DNA of 64,000 nucleotides from an uncultured Gammaproteobacteria bacterium (GCA_965231095.1 OZ246416.1:436380-500379), one strand, 5' to 3'; counted from the stretch's first letter, positions 9,371 to 18,566 are shown. Made by a program: numbers and translations. Notes: generated by a model from the sequence alone, not told the origin.

Positions 9371-10063
9371 TTACAAATATTTTTCCCAAACTTTCGGCCA
9401 AGGAAGTTCAACCGTTTCCGATTTTTCACCAGTAGCGGAAGTAAAAGAGAGCGAGGCGGAAAAAAGCGCGATGGATTTATCGGCAAGCGGTTCGGGTGCG
9501 CCGTATTTTATGTCTCCCAAAATCGGGTGGTTGGCTGAAGCAAGTTGTGCCCGAATTTGATGCGCCCGGCCTGTTCCCAATTTTATTTTTAACAAAGAAT
9601 TTTTGTCTCCAACTTTTTCCACTTCCCAAAAAAGTTCTGCCCGCTTTGTCCCCGGCATTTCCCGATTAAAAACCTCCACTAGATTTTTCTTCTCATCTTT
9701 TTTCAAAAAACTCACGATCTCACCTTCCGCTTTTTCCATTTTTCCGGCCACAACCGCGTAATAATATTTTTCCACGCTTCGTTCGCGCCATTGCGCCGAA
9801 AGCCGTGAAGCGCCCTTGCTTGTTTTTGCGAAAAGCACCACGCCGCCGACCGGACGATCAAGCCGATGGACGAGCCCCAAAAAAACATTTCCCGGCTTTT
9901 TATATTTTTCTTTCAAATATTTTTTTACTTCATCCATCAAATTCGGATCACCGGTTTTATCTCCTTGCACCAGCATTCCCGCTGATTTTTCCACTACGAT
10001 TAAATGATTGTCCTCGTATAAAACATTCAACTTCATATGTTCCACCGAGCAAAAATTCCGCAA
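9371..10063 (-). CDS. RluA-family 23S/tRNA pseudouridine synthase
   Basis: HRLDRPVGGVVLFAKT (the HRLD catalytic Asp motif) and GRAHQIRAQL. True start is probably MKLNVLYEDNH at 10036, which avoids overlap with the upstream gene. Confidence 0.75.
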   Translation of the reverse strand: MRNFCSVEHMKLNVLYEDNHLIVVEKSAGMLVQGDKTGDPNLMDEVKKYLKEKYKKPGNVFLGLVHRLDRPVGGVVLFAKTSKGASRLSAQWRERSVEKYYYAVVAGKMEKAEGEIVSFLKKDEKKNLVEVFNREMPGTKRAELFWEVEKVGDKNSLLKIKLGTGRAHQIRAQLASANHPILGDIKYGAPEPLADKSIALFSASLSFTSATGEKSETVELPWPKVWEKYL

Positions 10064-10899
10064 GGCAAAAGCCGGCCACCTGCCTCGAGAATCGTCAATT
10101 CCCCGGCTTCAAGCGTTCCGCCATATTTTTCTACCAGTGGCAATAAATTATTTTTGTAAGCCATAGCGGAATATCCCGAAGCGTAACCGTTGATTAAAAA
10201 AAATAACGGCTTGTCGGAAAGTAATTTAAAACATAAATCAATCAATTCTAAAAAATTATCTTCAATTTTCCAAAGTTCGCCGCCCGGACCATGGCCAAAG
10301 GCCGGCGGATCCAAAACAATTCCGTCGTAGCGATGGCCGCGTTTTATTTCTCGTTTTACGAATTTCACCGCGTCTTCCAAAATCCAGCGGATTGGTTTTT
10401 TATCAAGCTTTGATAATGTCGCATTATCCCGCGCCCAAGTAATCGCGACTTTTGATCCGTCCAGGTGGCAAACTTCCGCCCCGGCCGACGCCGCCGCGAG
10501 CGTTGCCCCACCCGTGTAGCCAAAAAGATTAATCACGGAAACTTTTCTTTTTTCCTTGCCGACTAAATTTTTAATCCACTCCCAATTTCCAACTTGCTCC
10601 GGAAAAATTCCCAAATGTTTAAAGGTTGTGGGCTTTATCCAAAAATCCAAACCTGCCAAATTTATCTTCCAGCGGCCGGGCACTTCACGCCCAATTTTCC
10701 ATTCTGCTGACTCCGCGCTTCGCTTAAATTCTCCATCAATTTTTTTCCACGCCGCCACATTTAATTTCGGCCAAAGCGCCTGCGGATCCGGGCGCGAAAA
10801 AACAAACCGCCCGTAGCGTTCCAATTTCTCTCCCTCCCCGGAATCAATAAGTTCGTAATCAGTTGAGGGTTTGGTTTTTAGGATTATATAGTCGGACAT
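10033..10899 (-). CDS. Class I SAM-dependent rRNA methyltransferase, RlmI/YwbD-like
   Basis: 288 aa. SAM-binding LFGYTGGATLAAASAGA...DGSK and a VLDPPAFG (DPP(A/F)) catalytic motif. Confidence 0.6.
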   Translation of the reverse strand: MSDYIILKTKPSTDYELIDSGEGEKLERYGRFVFSRPDPQALWPKLNVAAWKKIDGEFKRSAESAEWKIGREVPGRWKINLAGLDFWIKPTTFKHLGIFPEQVGNWEWIKNLVGKEKRKVSVINLFGYTGGATLAAASAGAEVCHLDGSKVAITWARDNATLSKLDKKPIRWILEDAVKFVKREIKRGHRYDGIVLDPPAFGHGPGGELWKIEDNFLELIDLCFKLLSDKPLFFLINGYASGYSAMAYKNNLLPLVEKYGGTLEAGELTILEAGGRLLPCGIFARWNI

Positions 10900-11029
10900 G
10901 TTAATTGCGTAACTTTAATTTGAAGACTTCTCGGTGCCGGAGCGGCCGCAACGGACGGAACGGGGACTAGGCCAAATCTTCGCCCGCGAGTTCAAGGGAA
11001 AGGTTGGGTATAAAACCCAAACCTTCCCT

Positions 11030-11103
11030 TGGCTCCGGGACTTGGATTCGAACCAAGATAAGCAGCTTCAAAGGCTGCTGTCCTGCCATTAGACGATCCC
11101 GGA
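11030..11103 (-). tRNA. tRNA-Gln (TTG), CCA encoded
   Basis: Hand-folded: acceptor TCCGGGA/TCCCGGA, anticodon stem GCAGC/GCTGC with loop CTTTGAA (anticodon TTG), T-arm CTTGG-TTCGAATC-CCAAG, 3' GCCA. Confidence 0.8.
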
Positions 11104-11159
11104 ATAATTGAATAAAAAAACACAGACTTTTGACTTGTCTGTATTTTATCTTTTTTCTT

Positions 11160-12074
11160 TTAAACTTTCAAGTACCGGCCAACCGCCAGGGTACTGGTCA
11201 CCATATTTAGAAGCACGACGCCGACAAACTGCCACCCGAAAATCTGTAAAAAATTATTTGAAAAATACCCGAGCAAGTTGAATTCCGAGCCGCCGAAAAA
11301 TCCGGCGAGGTATGGCTCGGCAAAACCGATCGCGGGGTATGTAATTAAAACCGTGAAAAGCACGGCGAAAATTCCGTAAAAAATTCCGCTCGCGACGTAA
11401 GGCGCCCGGACAAACCAATTGGCCGCGCCGACAAGTTTCATTACCCCGATTTCCTCGCGATGCGTGTAAATTGTCATCCGGACCGTATTAAACCCAATCA
11501 AAACCGCAATCACGGCAAAAAGTCCGGCTACGCCAAAACCGGTTGTCTTAGCTTTTTCCGAAATAGAATCGATTTTTTTAATCACCGCTTCGTGGTCTTC
11601 AAAATTTTTCTCTTGAATAATGCTCTCGTATTGCGCGTCGTCAAAAACTTCCAAAATTTCCGGGTAGTCGGCGGTGTCATGTGCCCGAATTACGAGCGTC
11701 GCGCCCAAAGGATTCTCCCCCACCTCTTCAAGCGATTCTTTAATCACCGCGTCGTTGGCATGTTTTTTTTCAAATTCCCGAAGCGCCTCTTCCGGCGAAA
11801 CGTAAACCACGTCTTTCACCTCGGACAAACTCAAAAGATATGATTTAATATTTCCAATCTCGCTTTCCGCCACTCCCGGCTTGAAATAAATACTGACATC
11901 AATTTTATTTTCCACTTCCGCCACCGCGGTTTTCGTCAAAAAATTCAAAGTGATCAAAAAATTTATGGAAACTAAAGTCAAAACTAAAACCACGATCGTG
12001 GCCGTGGAAAGCCAAAAATTTCTCCAAAAATCCTGCGAAGAGAATTTTAAAATTTTGAGTAACGCGGAAAACAT
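11160..12074 (-). CDS. ftsX: Cell division permease FtsX
   Basis: 304 aa. N-terminal TM, large periplasmic loop, three C-terminal TM helices. Immediately downstream of ftsE. Confidence 0.75.
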   Translation of the reverse strand: MFSALLKILKFSSQDFWRNFWLSTATIVVLVLTLVSINFLITLNFLTKTAVAEVENKIDVSIYFKPGVAESEIGNIKSYLLSLSEVKDVVYVSPEEALREFEKKHANDAVIKESLEEVGENPLGATLVIRAHDTADYPEILEVFDDAQYESIIQEKNFEDHEAVIKKIDSISEKAKTTGFGVAGLFAVIAVLIGFNTVRMTIYTHREEIGVMKLVGAANWFVRAPYVASGIFYGIFAVLFTVLITYPAIGFAEPYLAGFFGGSEFNLLGYFSNNFLQIFGWQFVGVVLLNMVTSTLAVGRYLKV

Positions 12075-12077
12075 AAT

Positions 12078-12758
12078 TTACAATACATATTTTCCCACTT
12101 CCTGATCGCTGATAACTATCCCCTGCTCAAGCGTGACAACTCGGCGCCGCAGAGAATTTACCAGCTCGCGATTATGGGAAACTAAAATAACGGTCGTGCC
12201 AAACTCATTTATTTTTAAAAGCAAGTCGGCGATTTCTCTTGTGTTTATGGAATCCAAATTCCCTGTCGGCTCATCAGCCACTAAAATTTTCGGCCGGTGA
12301 ATAAGAGCGCGGGCAATGGCGACTCTTTGCTGTTCGCCGCCGGAAACTTGCCGCGGATAGCGTTCAGATTTTTGATCCAAGCCAACAATCCTTAAAACCT
12401 GCGGAACGATTGTTTTTATTCTGTGCGACGGCGTGCCGCAAACTTCCAGAGCAAAAGCGACATTTTCAAAAATAGTTTTCTTCGGCAAAAGTTTAAAATC
12501 CTGAAAAATAACTCCTATCTGCCGCCGAAGTGTCGGCATTTCCGAACGCCTAATTTTCGTAATATCCCAATCCCCAACTAAAATTTTCCCGCGGGTCGGG
12601 CGCTCTTCCGCGGTCAAAAGTTTTATAAGCGTCGTTTTCCCGGTTCCGGATTGGCCGACAATGGAAACAAACTCTCCGGCGTCAATTTTTAAATTAACAT
12701 CCGCAAGAGCCGTAATGTTTGGAGGATAAATTTTTTCTATGCCTCGAAACTCAATCAT
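12078..12758 (-). CDS. ftsE: Cell division ABC ATPase FtsE
   Basis: 226 aa. Walker A GQSGTGKTT, ABC signature VSGGEQQRVAIARAL, Walker B ILVADEPT. TATAAT lies 9 nt upstream of the ATG, suggesting a leaderless transcript. Confidence 0.85.
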   Translation of the reverse strand: MIEFRGIEKIYPPNITALADVNLKIDAGEFVSIVGQSGTGKTTLIKLLTAEERPTRGKILVGDWDITKIRRSEMPTLRRQIGVIFQDFKLLPKKTIFENVAFALEVCGTPSHRIKTIVPQVLRIVGLDQKSERYPRQVSGGEQQRVAIARALIHRPKILVADEPTGNLDSINTREIADLLLKINEFGTTVILVSHNRELVNSLRRRVVTLEQGIVISDQEVGKYVL

Positions 12759-12861
12759 ATTAAATCATTATACGCAATTCCTTGAAAAATGCCAAATATA
12801 AAACTGGCATTGATTTTTATTCTAAAATATCTTAGAATTAGATTAATATTTACAAACAGAC

Positions 12862-12932
12862 GCGGGATTAGTATAGTGGCAGTATGCGACCTTCCCAAGG
12901 TTGAGGCGCCGGTTCGATTCCGGTATCCCGCT
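12862..12932 (+). tRNA. tRNA-Gly (CCC)
   Basis: Acceptor GCGGGAT/ATCCCGC, anticodon stem CGACC/GGTTG with loop TTCCCAA, T-arm GCCGG-TTCGATT-CCGGT. D-arm pairing is atypical (9-nt loop). Confidence 0.7.
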
Positions 12933-12954
12933 TTTGAAACTTGGCGCAATCTTC

Positions 12955-13027
12955 GCCGACGTAGCTCAGCTAGCAGAGCAATGCTTTCGTAAAGCAGAGG
13001 TCGTGGGTGCAAATCCCACCGTCGGCT
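12955..13027 (+). tRNA. tRNA-Thr (CGT)
   Basis: Acceptor GCCGACG/CGTCGGC, D-arm GCTC...GAGC, anticodon loop TTCGTAA, T-arm GTGGG-TGCAAAT-CCCAC. Confidence 0.75.
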
Positions 13028-13033
13028 TTTCTA

Positions 13034-13066
13034 AAAAGATCTTCACCTATCGAAGGTCTTTTTTGA
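13034..13066 (+). terminator. Rho-independent terminator after the tRNA-Gly/tRNA-Thr pair
   Basis: AGATCTTC-acctatc-GAAGGTCT followed by TTTTTT. Confidence 0.5.
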
Positions 13067-13068
13067 TT

Positions 13069-14094
13069 TTAAATTTTAACCAATTGCCAAATTTTCGCCT
13101 TTTCTTTTTCTTCCTTCAAAAAATCTTCCAAACTTTTTGTCTTAATTAAAATATGGCTGGCCCGCACCTGGCTCACTTCGCCGTTATCATCTTTTATCTC
13201 ACCCGTCACTTTTATAATATGATAACCATAATCCGTTAAAACCAAACCGCTCACTCCCCCGGCTCCAAGAGAAAACGCGGCCGCCTCAAACTCCGGAACC
13301 ATAACTCCTCTTCCAAAATAATTCAGATCACCGCCATCCGCCGCGGACGTATCTTCACTATATTCTTTTGCCAAATCTTCAAAACTTTTTTCTCCTTTTC
13401 GAACTTCCGCCAAAACACCTTCCGCTTTTTTCTTCGCCTCCTGATTCAACGTCTCGTCTTTAGAAATAGCCTCCTGTAATTTTTGCTGGATAAGATATGG
13501 TTTTAAAACTTTTTCTTTAAATTCTTCAATTCCCCAGCCGTATTGATCTCTTAGAGCTTTTTCAACATTCTCTATGGATTCGCCTTGGTCCACAATATTT
13601 TGAACTTCTTTTTTCAAATCTTCATCGGAAATTTTTATGCCATATTTTTTTGCCAACTGATCTGAAAGTTCATTGTTTACGAGCCGATCCAAAACTTGTT
13701 TCTTCATTTCTTTTTCGTCCGGAATCGCCGCGCCCAAATCCTCGCCTTGGCTCGCAAAAAAAGTCTTTAAAGTTTCCACGTCATCAATATAATCTGAATA
13801 TCTAACCATCCGCCAATTCACCAGCGCCGCCGGGTATGGCGCGACTTTGGTAATTTTTTCTACCACCTCACCCTTCCAACCAAAACGATAAATCCCCACG
13901 CCAAAAATAACCGCGGCTAAAATTATTACTCCGAGCACGCCAATAAGAAGACCGAGAAAAAATCTTTTTAAGCCTCCTCTTTTCTCCCCAACCGGCATCT
14001 CCCCACTTCCCGCAACTTCCGGATTAGTTTCAAAAATTTCCGTTTCGTCGATTTCCATTTCTTTCTCCTGATTTTCGTTTAAGGTTGAATCCAT
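13069..14094 (-). CDS. Membrane-anchored parvulin-type peptidyl-prolyl isomerase (PrsA/SurA-like foldase)
   Basis: 341 aa. N-terminal TM, central coiled region, C-terminal rotamase motif GGDLNYFGRGVMVPEFEAAAF...GYHIIKV. Confidence 0.65.
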   Translation of the reverse strand: MDSTLNENQEKEMEIDETEIFETNPEVAGSGEMPVGEKRGGLKRFFLGLLIGVLGVIILAAVIFGVGIYRFGWKGEVVEKITKVAPYPAALVNWRMVRYSDYIDDVETLKTFFASQGEDLGAAIPDEKEMKKQVLDRLVNNELSDQLAKKYGIKISDEDLKKEVQNIVDQGESIENVEKALRDQYGWGIEEFKEKVLKPYLIQQKLQEAISKDETLNQEAKKKAEGVLAEVRKGEKSFEDLAKEYSEDTSAADGGDLNYFGRGVMVPEFEAAAFSLGAGGVSGLVLTDYGYHIIKVTGEIKDDNGEVSQVRASHILIKTKSLEDFLKEEKEKAKIWQLVKI

Positions 14095-14110
14095 AAAATA
14101 AATTTATTAT

Positions 14111-14530
14111 TTAACTTTTAAAAAAATAATTCCACCACTTTTGGGGATTGCTAAGATTCTTATCCTCGGAGGCGGCGGCGTTTTTCCCCTCACCATTTTC
14201 CCGAGCCGCATTCGCCCCGGGAACAATCACAACCGACTCTCCGGGTTTTTGTAGATTAAATTTCAACCGAGCTTCTTGCTCCAAAAAATCATCCGTGCTT
14301 AAAAAATCCAAAAAATTTTCCAGTTCACCGTCTTTTGCCTCAAGTCGCGCGATCTCGTCTCCCGCTTCCCTGATTTCATTATCAATTTCCCGGCTTTCCA
14401 AAAATTTCTTTCCAAAAGAAAAAATCAAGAATCCCAAAACAATCACACCTAAAAACAAAAAAAGCTTTGAAGAGACAATTCGCTTGACACTTAATTCTTT
14501 CCTCATAATCGGAAATGATTTACTCTCCAA
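14111..14530 (-). CDS. Septum formation initiator family protein (FtsB/DivIC-like)
   Basis: 139 aa. Single TM followed by a coiled-coil EIDNEIREAGDEIARLEAKDGELENF. Confidence 0.5.
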   Translation of the reverse strand: MESKSFPIMRKELSVKRIVSSKLFLFLGVIVLGFLIFSFGKKFLESREIDNEIREAGDEIARLEAKDGELENFLDFLSTDDFLEQEARLKFNLQKPGESVVIVPGANAARENGEGKNAAASEDKNLSNPQKWWNYFFKS

Positions 14531-15248
14531 TTATACCATTTTTGGAAATTCGGGTCGAGCGCTCCTCGGTTTGGCCAATATTTTTTATTTCTTCAAGCCT
14601 TTTGAGTTTCATCTCACGCATTTTGTTTCTAATCAAGATGTCAATTTCTTCAAGCTGCCTTTCGTCAAGATCAGTGATGTTTTCCTTAATAATTTTAAAT
14701 TCTTCTTTATCGGGCGGCGCGATAGACAAGTCCGGCGTGCCATCCGGTTTCCGCCGCGCGGGATGGAGCAGGTCGGAAATCAACTGCTGCGTCTCTTCGG
14801 GCGCGCGAACATTTTTTATTTCAAGGCCAATATCCGTGTCGGCAATTTGAATTCTGACATCTCCATAGCGAAAAATTGTCTGCCAAATTCCTTTGCGGCG
14901 ATGGGACACATCTTTAATTTCTGAAAAATCCGCCTCGGAAACAACACGCGAAAATATTCCCCGCTGATCAATATCAATCACTCTGCGATTTGTGATAATA
15001 AAACAATTATAATACCAAAGTACAAAAATTCTCGCGGCATAAAATACGCCGAGCAAAATCAGCAGAAGAAAAAGCCCCACGCCCCAGGAGCCCCACTTAA
15101 AAAGCGGGAAAATAAAAAAGAACGGCGCAACAATTAAAAATATCGCCGCCAAAATTTTCGGCCAAAGTGTCAGCCCAAAATGCCGGACCACGGCGACAAT
15201 TTCCTCGCCGGCCTTAAGACTTACTCTTCTTACGATAGACTCGTCCAT
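14520..15248 (-). CDS. Membrane protein with bacterial PH (bPH_2, YdbS/YdbT-like) domain
   Basis: 242 aa. Two TM helices, then ITNRRVIDIDQRGIFSRVVSEADFSEIKDVSHRRKGIWQTIFRYGDVRIQ, a typical bPH_2 layout. Confidence 0.45.
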   Translation of the reverse strand: MDESIVRRVSLKAGEEIVAVVRHFGLTLWPKILAAIFLIVAPFFFIFPLFKWGSWGVGLFLLLILLGVFYAARIFVLWYYNCFIITNRRVIDIDQRGIFSRVVSEADFSEIKDVSHRRKGIWQTIFRYGDVRIQIADTDIGLEIKNVRAPEETQQLISDLLHPARRKPDGTPDLSIAPPDKEEFKIIKENITDLDERQLEEIDILIRNKMREMKLKRLEEIKNIGQTEERSTRISKNGIIGE

Positions 15249-15314
15249 ATTTTATAATTTTATCACCACGCAGTCCATTGCAACATTCGCAAATTATTAG
15301 CAAGCATTCGTATA

Positions 15315-16688
15315 CTAATTCGCATGTTTATTTATTTCCACCATTGTTTTCAGAATATCCCGCACTTTTTCCCGGTCGTCCCAGGGAATTTTTTTGTTGT
15401 TGGCCACACAAATCGCCTGCTCCGATCCTTTGCCGGTAATAATCACCAGATCACCTTCGCGCGCGAGACTTAAAGCTTTGGCGATTGCTTCGCCACGATC
15501 TAAAATTTTAAATAAATTTATATTTTCCACCTTGCCTGTTGCCCCAACGGCTACCTGTTTTATAATTTCTTCCGGATTTTCATCGTATGGATCTTCATTC
15601 GTAATAATTATAATGTCAGCATTTTCCGCGGCAATCTTTCCTAAAATCGGTCGGCGAGATTTATCGCGCCCGCCGCCGGCTGAACCTAACACATGAATAA
15701 TCTTGGAATTAGGAATTATAAATTTTGAATTATGAATTGTTTCATATAGTTGCCTCATGGATTCTGGCTCGGGAGCATAGTCCACGAGCACCTTAAAATT
15801 CTGCCCTTCGTTAATAAATTCCATCCGGCCAGGAACTCCGGAAACTTTTTCCAATGCGCCAGAAATCACCTCAAGTGACAAACCTTGCGATAAACCGACC
15901 GCCGCAGCCGCTAACGCGTTATAAACATTAAACTCGCCAAGAAGATGAATTATGAACCGTGAACCGTGAACTGCAAACAGTGAACCAGCCGAGTTCAACT
16001 CTACATTTTCCGCTTCCACAATTTTAGAAGTTGGGGTTTGGAATTTATTTGGGATTTGCAATTTTGAATTTGTAATTTTATAACCGTATTTTTCGTCCGC
16101 CGAAAAACTCGCAAAATATTCCGCATACTCATCATCCAAATTTACCACACTCACCTTCGGCACAACCTTTCCATCAATCACTTTCTCCGATTTTGCCGTC
16201 AAATGTCGGAAAAATTTTCCCTTGGCTTTTTTATAATTTTCAAATCCCCCGTGGGCTTCAATATGCTCCGGAGTTAAATTGGTAAAAACCGCCACGTCAT
16301 AATTCACACCCAAGTGGCGGAATTGTTCCACGCCCTGCGATGAAGTCTCAATCACCGCATATTTACACCCGACGCGTACCATCTCGCGCAACATTTTTTG
16401 CAAAGCAAACCGGCCGAGCATGGTCATCTTTTTTTTATTCAAATATTCCTCGCCGGCGATTTTAAAACCAACCGTGGAAGTCGCGCCGACTTTAAATCCC
16501 GCGCCCTCAAACATTTTGGCGATCAAATGCACGGTCGTTGATTTTCCGTTCGTGCCCGTCACGCCGATCACCACCATTTTATTTGACGGAAAACCATAAA
16601 AAATATTCGCCGCCAGCGCGAGCGTCTTATGATACCATCGAAGCAAAAATCCGGGAATAAATTTTTTGATTAATTCTTTTATATTCAT
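15315..16688 (-). CDS. murE: UDP-N-acetylmuramoyl-L-alanyl-D-glutamate--2,6-diaminopimelate (or L-Lys) ligase MurE
   Basis: Recalled alignment to E. coli MurE. GVTGTNGKSTT P-loop; IETSSQGVEQ...VFTNLTPEHIEAHGGFENYKKAK matches VSSHGL...[23 protein letters not shown]; C-terminal GGGRDKSRRPILG...ITGKGSE. Start overlaps the murD stop (ATGA). Confidence 0.85.
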   Translation of the reverse strand: MNIKELIKKFIPGFLLRWYHKTLALAANIFYGFPSNKMVVIGVTGTNGKSTTVHLIAKMFEGAGFKVGATSTVGFKIAGEEYLNKKKMTMLGRFALQKMLREMVRVGCKYAVIETSSQGVEQFRHLGVNYDVAVFTNLTPEHIEAHGGFENYKKAKGKFFRHLTAKSEKVIDGKVVPKVSVVNLDDEYAEYFASFSADEKYGYKITNSKLQIPNKFQTPTSKIVEAENVELNSAGSLFAVHGSRFIIHLLGEFNVYNALAAAAVGLSQGLSLEVISGALEKVSGVPGRMEFINEGQNFKVLVDYAPEPESMRQLYETIHNSKFIIPNSKIIHVLGSAGGGRDKSRRPILGKIAAENADIIIITNEDPYDENPEEIIKQVAVGATGKVENINLFKILDRGEAIAKALSLAREGDLVIITGKGSEQAICVANNKKIPWDDREKVRDILKTMVEINKHAN

Positions 16689-18055
16689 TTTATCTTTTTT
16701 ATTTCTTTCAAAAACTGATCCCCTCGGTCAAATTCGTTTTTAAACATTCCAAAACTCGCGGCAGACGGTGATAAAAGCACTACATCACCGCGCGTGGCAA
16801 ATTTATGCGCGATTTCCACGGCTTCACGCATGCTGCGGACGACGGTAATTGGTAATTGGCCCGCCTCGCCTCGACGGCGAGTCGAGGCTGGGTAATTAGT
16901 AATTAGTAGTTGTTTTTGAAGTTTGGGTGTCGCAGTGCCAGATAGAAGTATAACTACTTTAGTATATTTTTTAATCACTGGCGCCAAATTTTTAAAATTC
17001 AAATTTTTATCGGCTCCGCCGCAAATCAAAATAATTTTTTTCTCACCAAGGGCATGGAGCGCGGCAATTGTCGCTTCGGGCATGGTCGCGGTTGTATCGT
17101 TATAAAATTTTACCCCGCGAACCTCGCGCACAAATTCCAACCGGCCGGGCGCCCCACGGAAATTCTCTACGGCTTTTTTAATCCGCGCCATGGACAATCC
17201 TAAAATCTTCCCCACTGCCACGGCCGCGGCAACATTTTCCAAATTATGTTCTCCTAAAATTTTTAAATTCCACCCGCGCGGGACATCACTCGCCGAAAAC
17301 CAAATAACTTTTCCCGCGGCACGCTTAGCCATTTTTTTACACCACGCACAATTTTTATTCAAAACCAAAAAATCATTTTTTGTCTGATTGGCAAAAATCG
17401 CTTCTTTATCGCGAACATATTTTGCCATGTTGTTTTTGTAATAATTTTGATGATCGGGAAAAATATTTGTCACTACAGAAATTTCTGGACTGATTTTTAA
17501 ATCTCGCCAACCCTGGAGTTGCCAACTTGATAATTCCAAAACCGCCAAATCATTTTTTTTTACTTTATCCAAAAGCGGGAGCGTCGCCATACCCCGGACG
17601 TTGCCGGCAAAGTATGTTTTTTTACCAGTCGCCCGCGCAATTTCATAAATTAAATTTGAAGTTGTGGTTTTCCCTCGCGTTCCCGTAATACCAATTATTT
17701 TACAACCCGCCTCACGGCCAAACAACGCATCATCCATAAAAATCTGCACACCATTTTTTTTGGCTTCAGCGATAAACGGCGAGTCAAGCGGCACGCCCGC
17801 GGCCTTGAAAACTATATCAACATTTTTAAAATCTTCCAGTTGATGTTTCCCCAAAATAAACTTCACCGGACGCGCCCCCTTTTTATTTTTCAAAAAATTT
17901 TTTATTTCCAAAACTGACGGCGCCAAATCTTTCGCGCTTTTTAAATCGGTCACGGTCACCCTTGCACCTTTTCCCACTAAAAATTTTACAACCCCAACTC
18001 CTCGGCCCAAAAGGCCAAGTCCCATCACGGTTATTTTTTTATCTTTAAAATCCAT
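16685..18055 (-). CDS. murD: UDP-N-acetylmuramoylalanine--D-glutamate ligase MurD
   Basis: VMGLGLLGRGVGVVKFLVGKG N-terminus, LELSSWQL, GEHNLENVAAA, DVVLLSPSAASFGMFKNEFDRGDQF all parallel recalled E. coli MurD. Carries an extra ~14-aa insert encoded by a palindromic micro-repeat (see findings). Confidence 0.9.
   Translation of the reverse strand: MDFKDKKITVMGLGLLGRGVGVVKFLVGKGARVTVTDLKSAKDLAPSVLEIKNFLKNKKGARPVKFILGKHQLEDFKNVDIVFKAAGVPLDSPFIAEAKKNGVQIFMDDALFGREAGCKIIGITGTRGKTTTSNLIYEIARATGKKTYFAGNVRGMATLPLLDKVKKNDLAVLELSSWQLQGWRDLKISPEISVVTNIFPDHQNYYKNNMAKYVRDKEAIFANQTKNDFLVLNKNCAWCKKMAKRAAGKVIWFSASDVPRGWNLKILGEHNLENVAAAVAVGKILGLSMARIKKAVENFRGAPGRLEFVREVRGVKFYNDTTATMPEATIAALHALGEKKIILICGGADKNLNFKNLAPVIKKYTKVVILLSGTATPKLQKQLLITNYPASTRRRGEAGQLPITVVRSMREAVEIAHKFATRGDVVLLSPSAASFGMFKNEFDRGDQFLKEIKKIK
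16844..16906. repeat. Palindromic micro-repeat element inserted in-frame in murD
   Basis: GGTAATTGGTAATTGG - GCCTCGAC ggcga GTCGAGGC - GGGTAATTAGTAATTAG: direct GTAATTRG flanks around an 8-bp-stem palindrome. Encodes an extra ~14-aa loop (ITNYPASTRRRGEAGQLPI). Confidence 0.5.
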
Positions 18056-18058
18056 ATT

Positions 18059-18559
18059 TTATCCAAAAATATACGCTCCTCCGCCGGTTAAAAGCCCAAC
18101 AATAATTCCCGCTATTATAACGCCAATTGTAATTAAAATCAAGGCCCGCCGCGGCGGAATGCCAAATAGATATGCGGCCACCGCTCCGGACCAGGCCCCG
18201 GTCAACGGCAAGGGAATCGCCACAAAAATCACCAGCGCTAAATTAATTCCGTATTTTAAAATTCCCCCTTCAAATTTTCGACGCACACGAGCGAACCACC
18301 AATCAAAAAATCGCCGGGCCAAGCTCCAGTGCTTCATCAAAAAATCTGCCGCCGGCCGTAAAAGAAAAACAATAAAAAAAATCGGCGCCATATTTCCAAG
18401 CACCGACCAAAATAAAGCCGGCCAAAAAGACATTTTATAAACCAGCATCGCGACCGGCAAAGCTACGCGAAGTTCGGCAATCGGAATCATGGCAATCAAG
18501 GCCGTCGCCGCCTCCGGAGAAAAATTTTTAAATAATTCCGCGTAATTTATCCCGAACAT
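18059..18559 (-). CDS. Polytopic membrane protein, COG2426-like (putative small multidrug export family); tentative
   Basis: 166 aa, 4 predicted TM; IAELRVALP-type motif. Confidence 0.35.
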   Translation of the reverse strand: MFGINYAELFKNFSPEAATALIAMIPIAELRVALPVAMLVYKMSFWPALFWSVLGNMAPIFFIVFLLRPAADFLMKHWSLARRFFDWWFARVRRKFEGGILKYGINLALVIFVAIPLPLTGAWSGAVAAYLFGIPPRRALILITIGVIIAGIIVGLLTGGGAYIFG

Positions 18560-18566
18560 TTTTTTA

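Noticed and set aside
12755-13012. 85-aa minus ORF and 12789-13149 plus ORFs spanning the tRNA-Gly/tRNA-Thr pair.
   Set aside because: They cover two well-folded tRNA genes, so they are not coding.
14148-14924. 258-aa plus-strand ORF overlapping ftsB-like and bPH genes.
   Set aside because: Ser/Phe-rich low complexity, antisense to two well-formed minus-strand genes.
15940-16090. Short tandem GAACCGT repeats (tgaaccgtgaaccgtgaact) and gaatt-rich strings inside murE.
   Set aside because: They fall in a region that aligns in length with E. coli MurE, so there is no insert. They are probably just coding sequence with local repetition.
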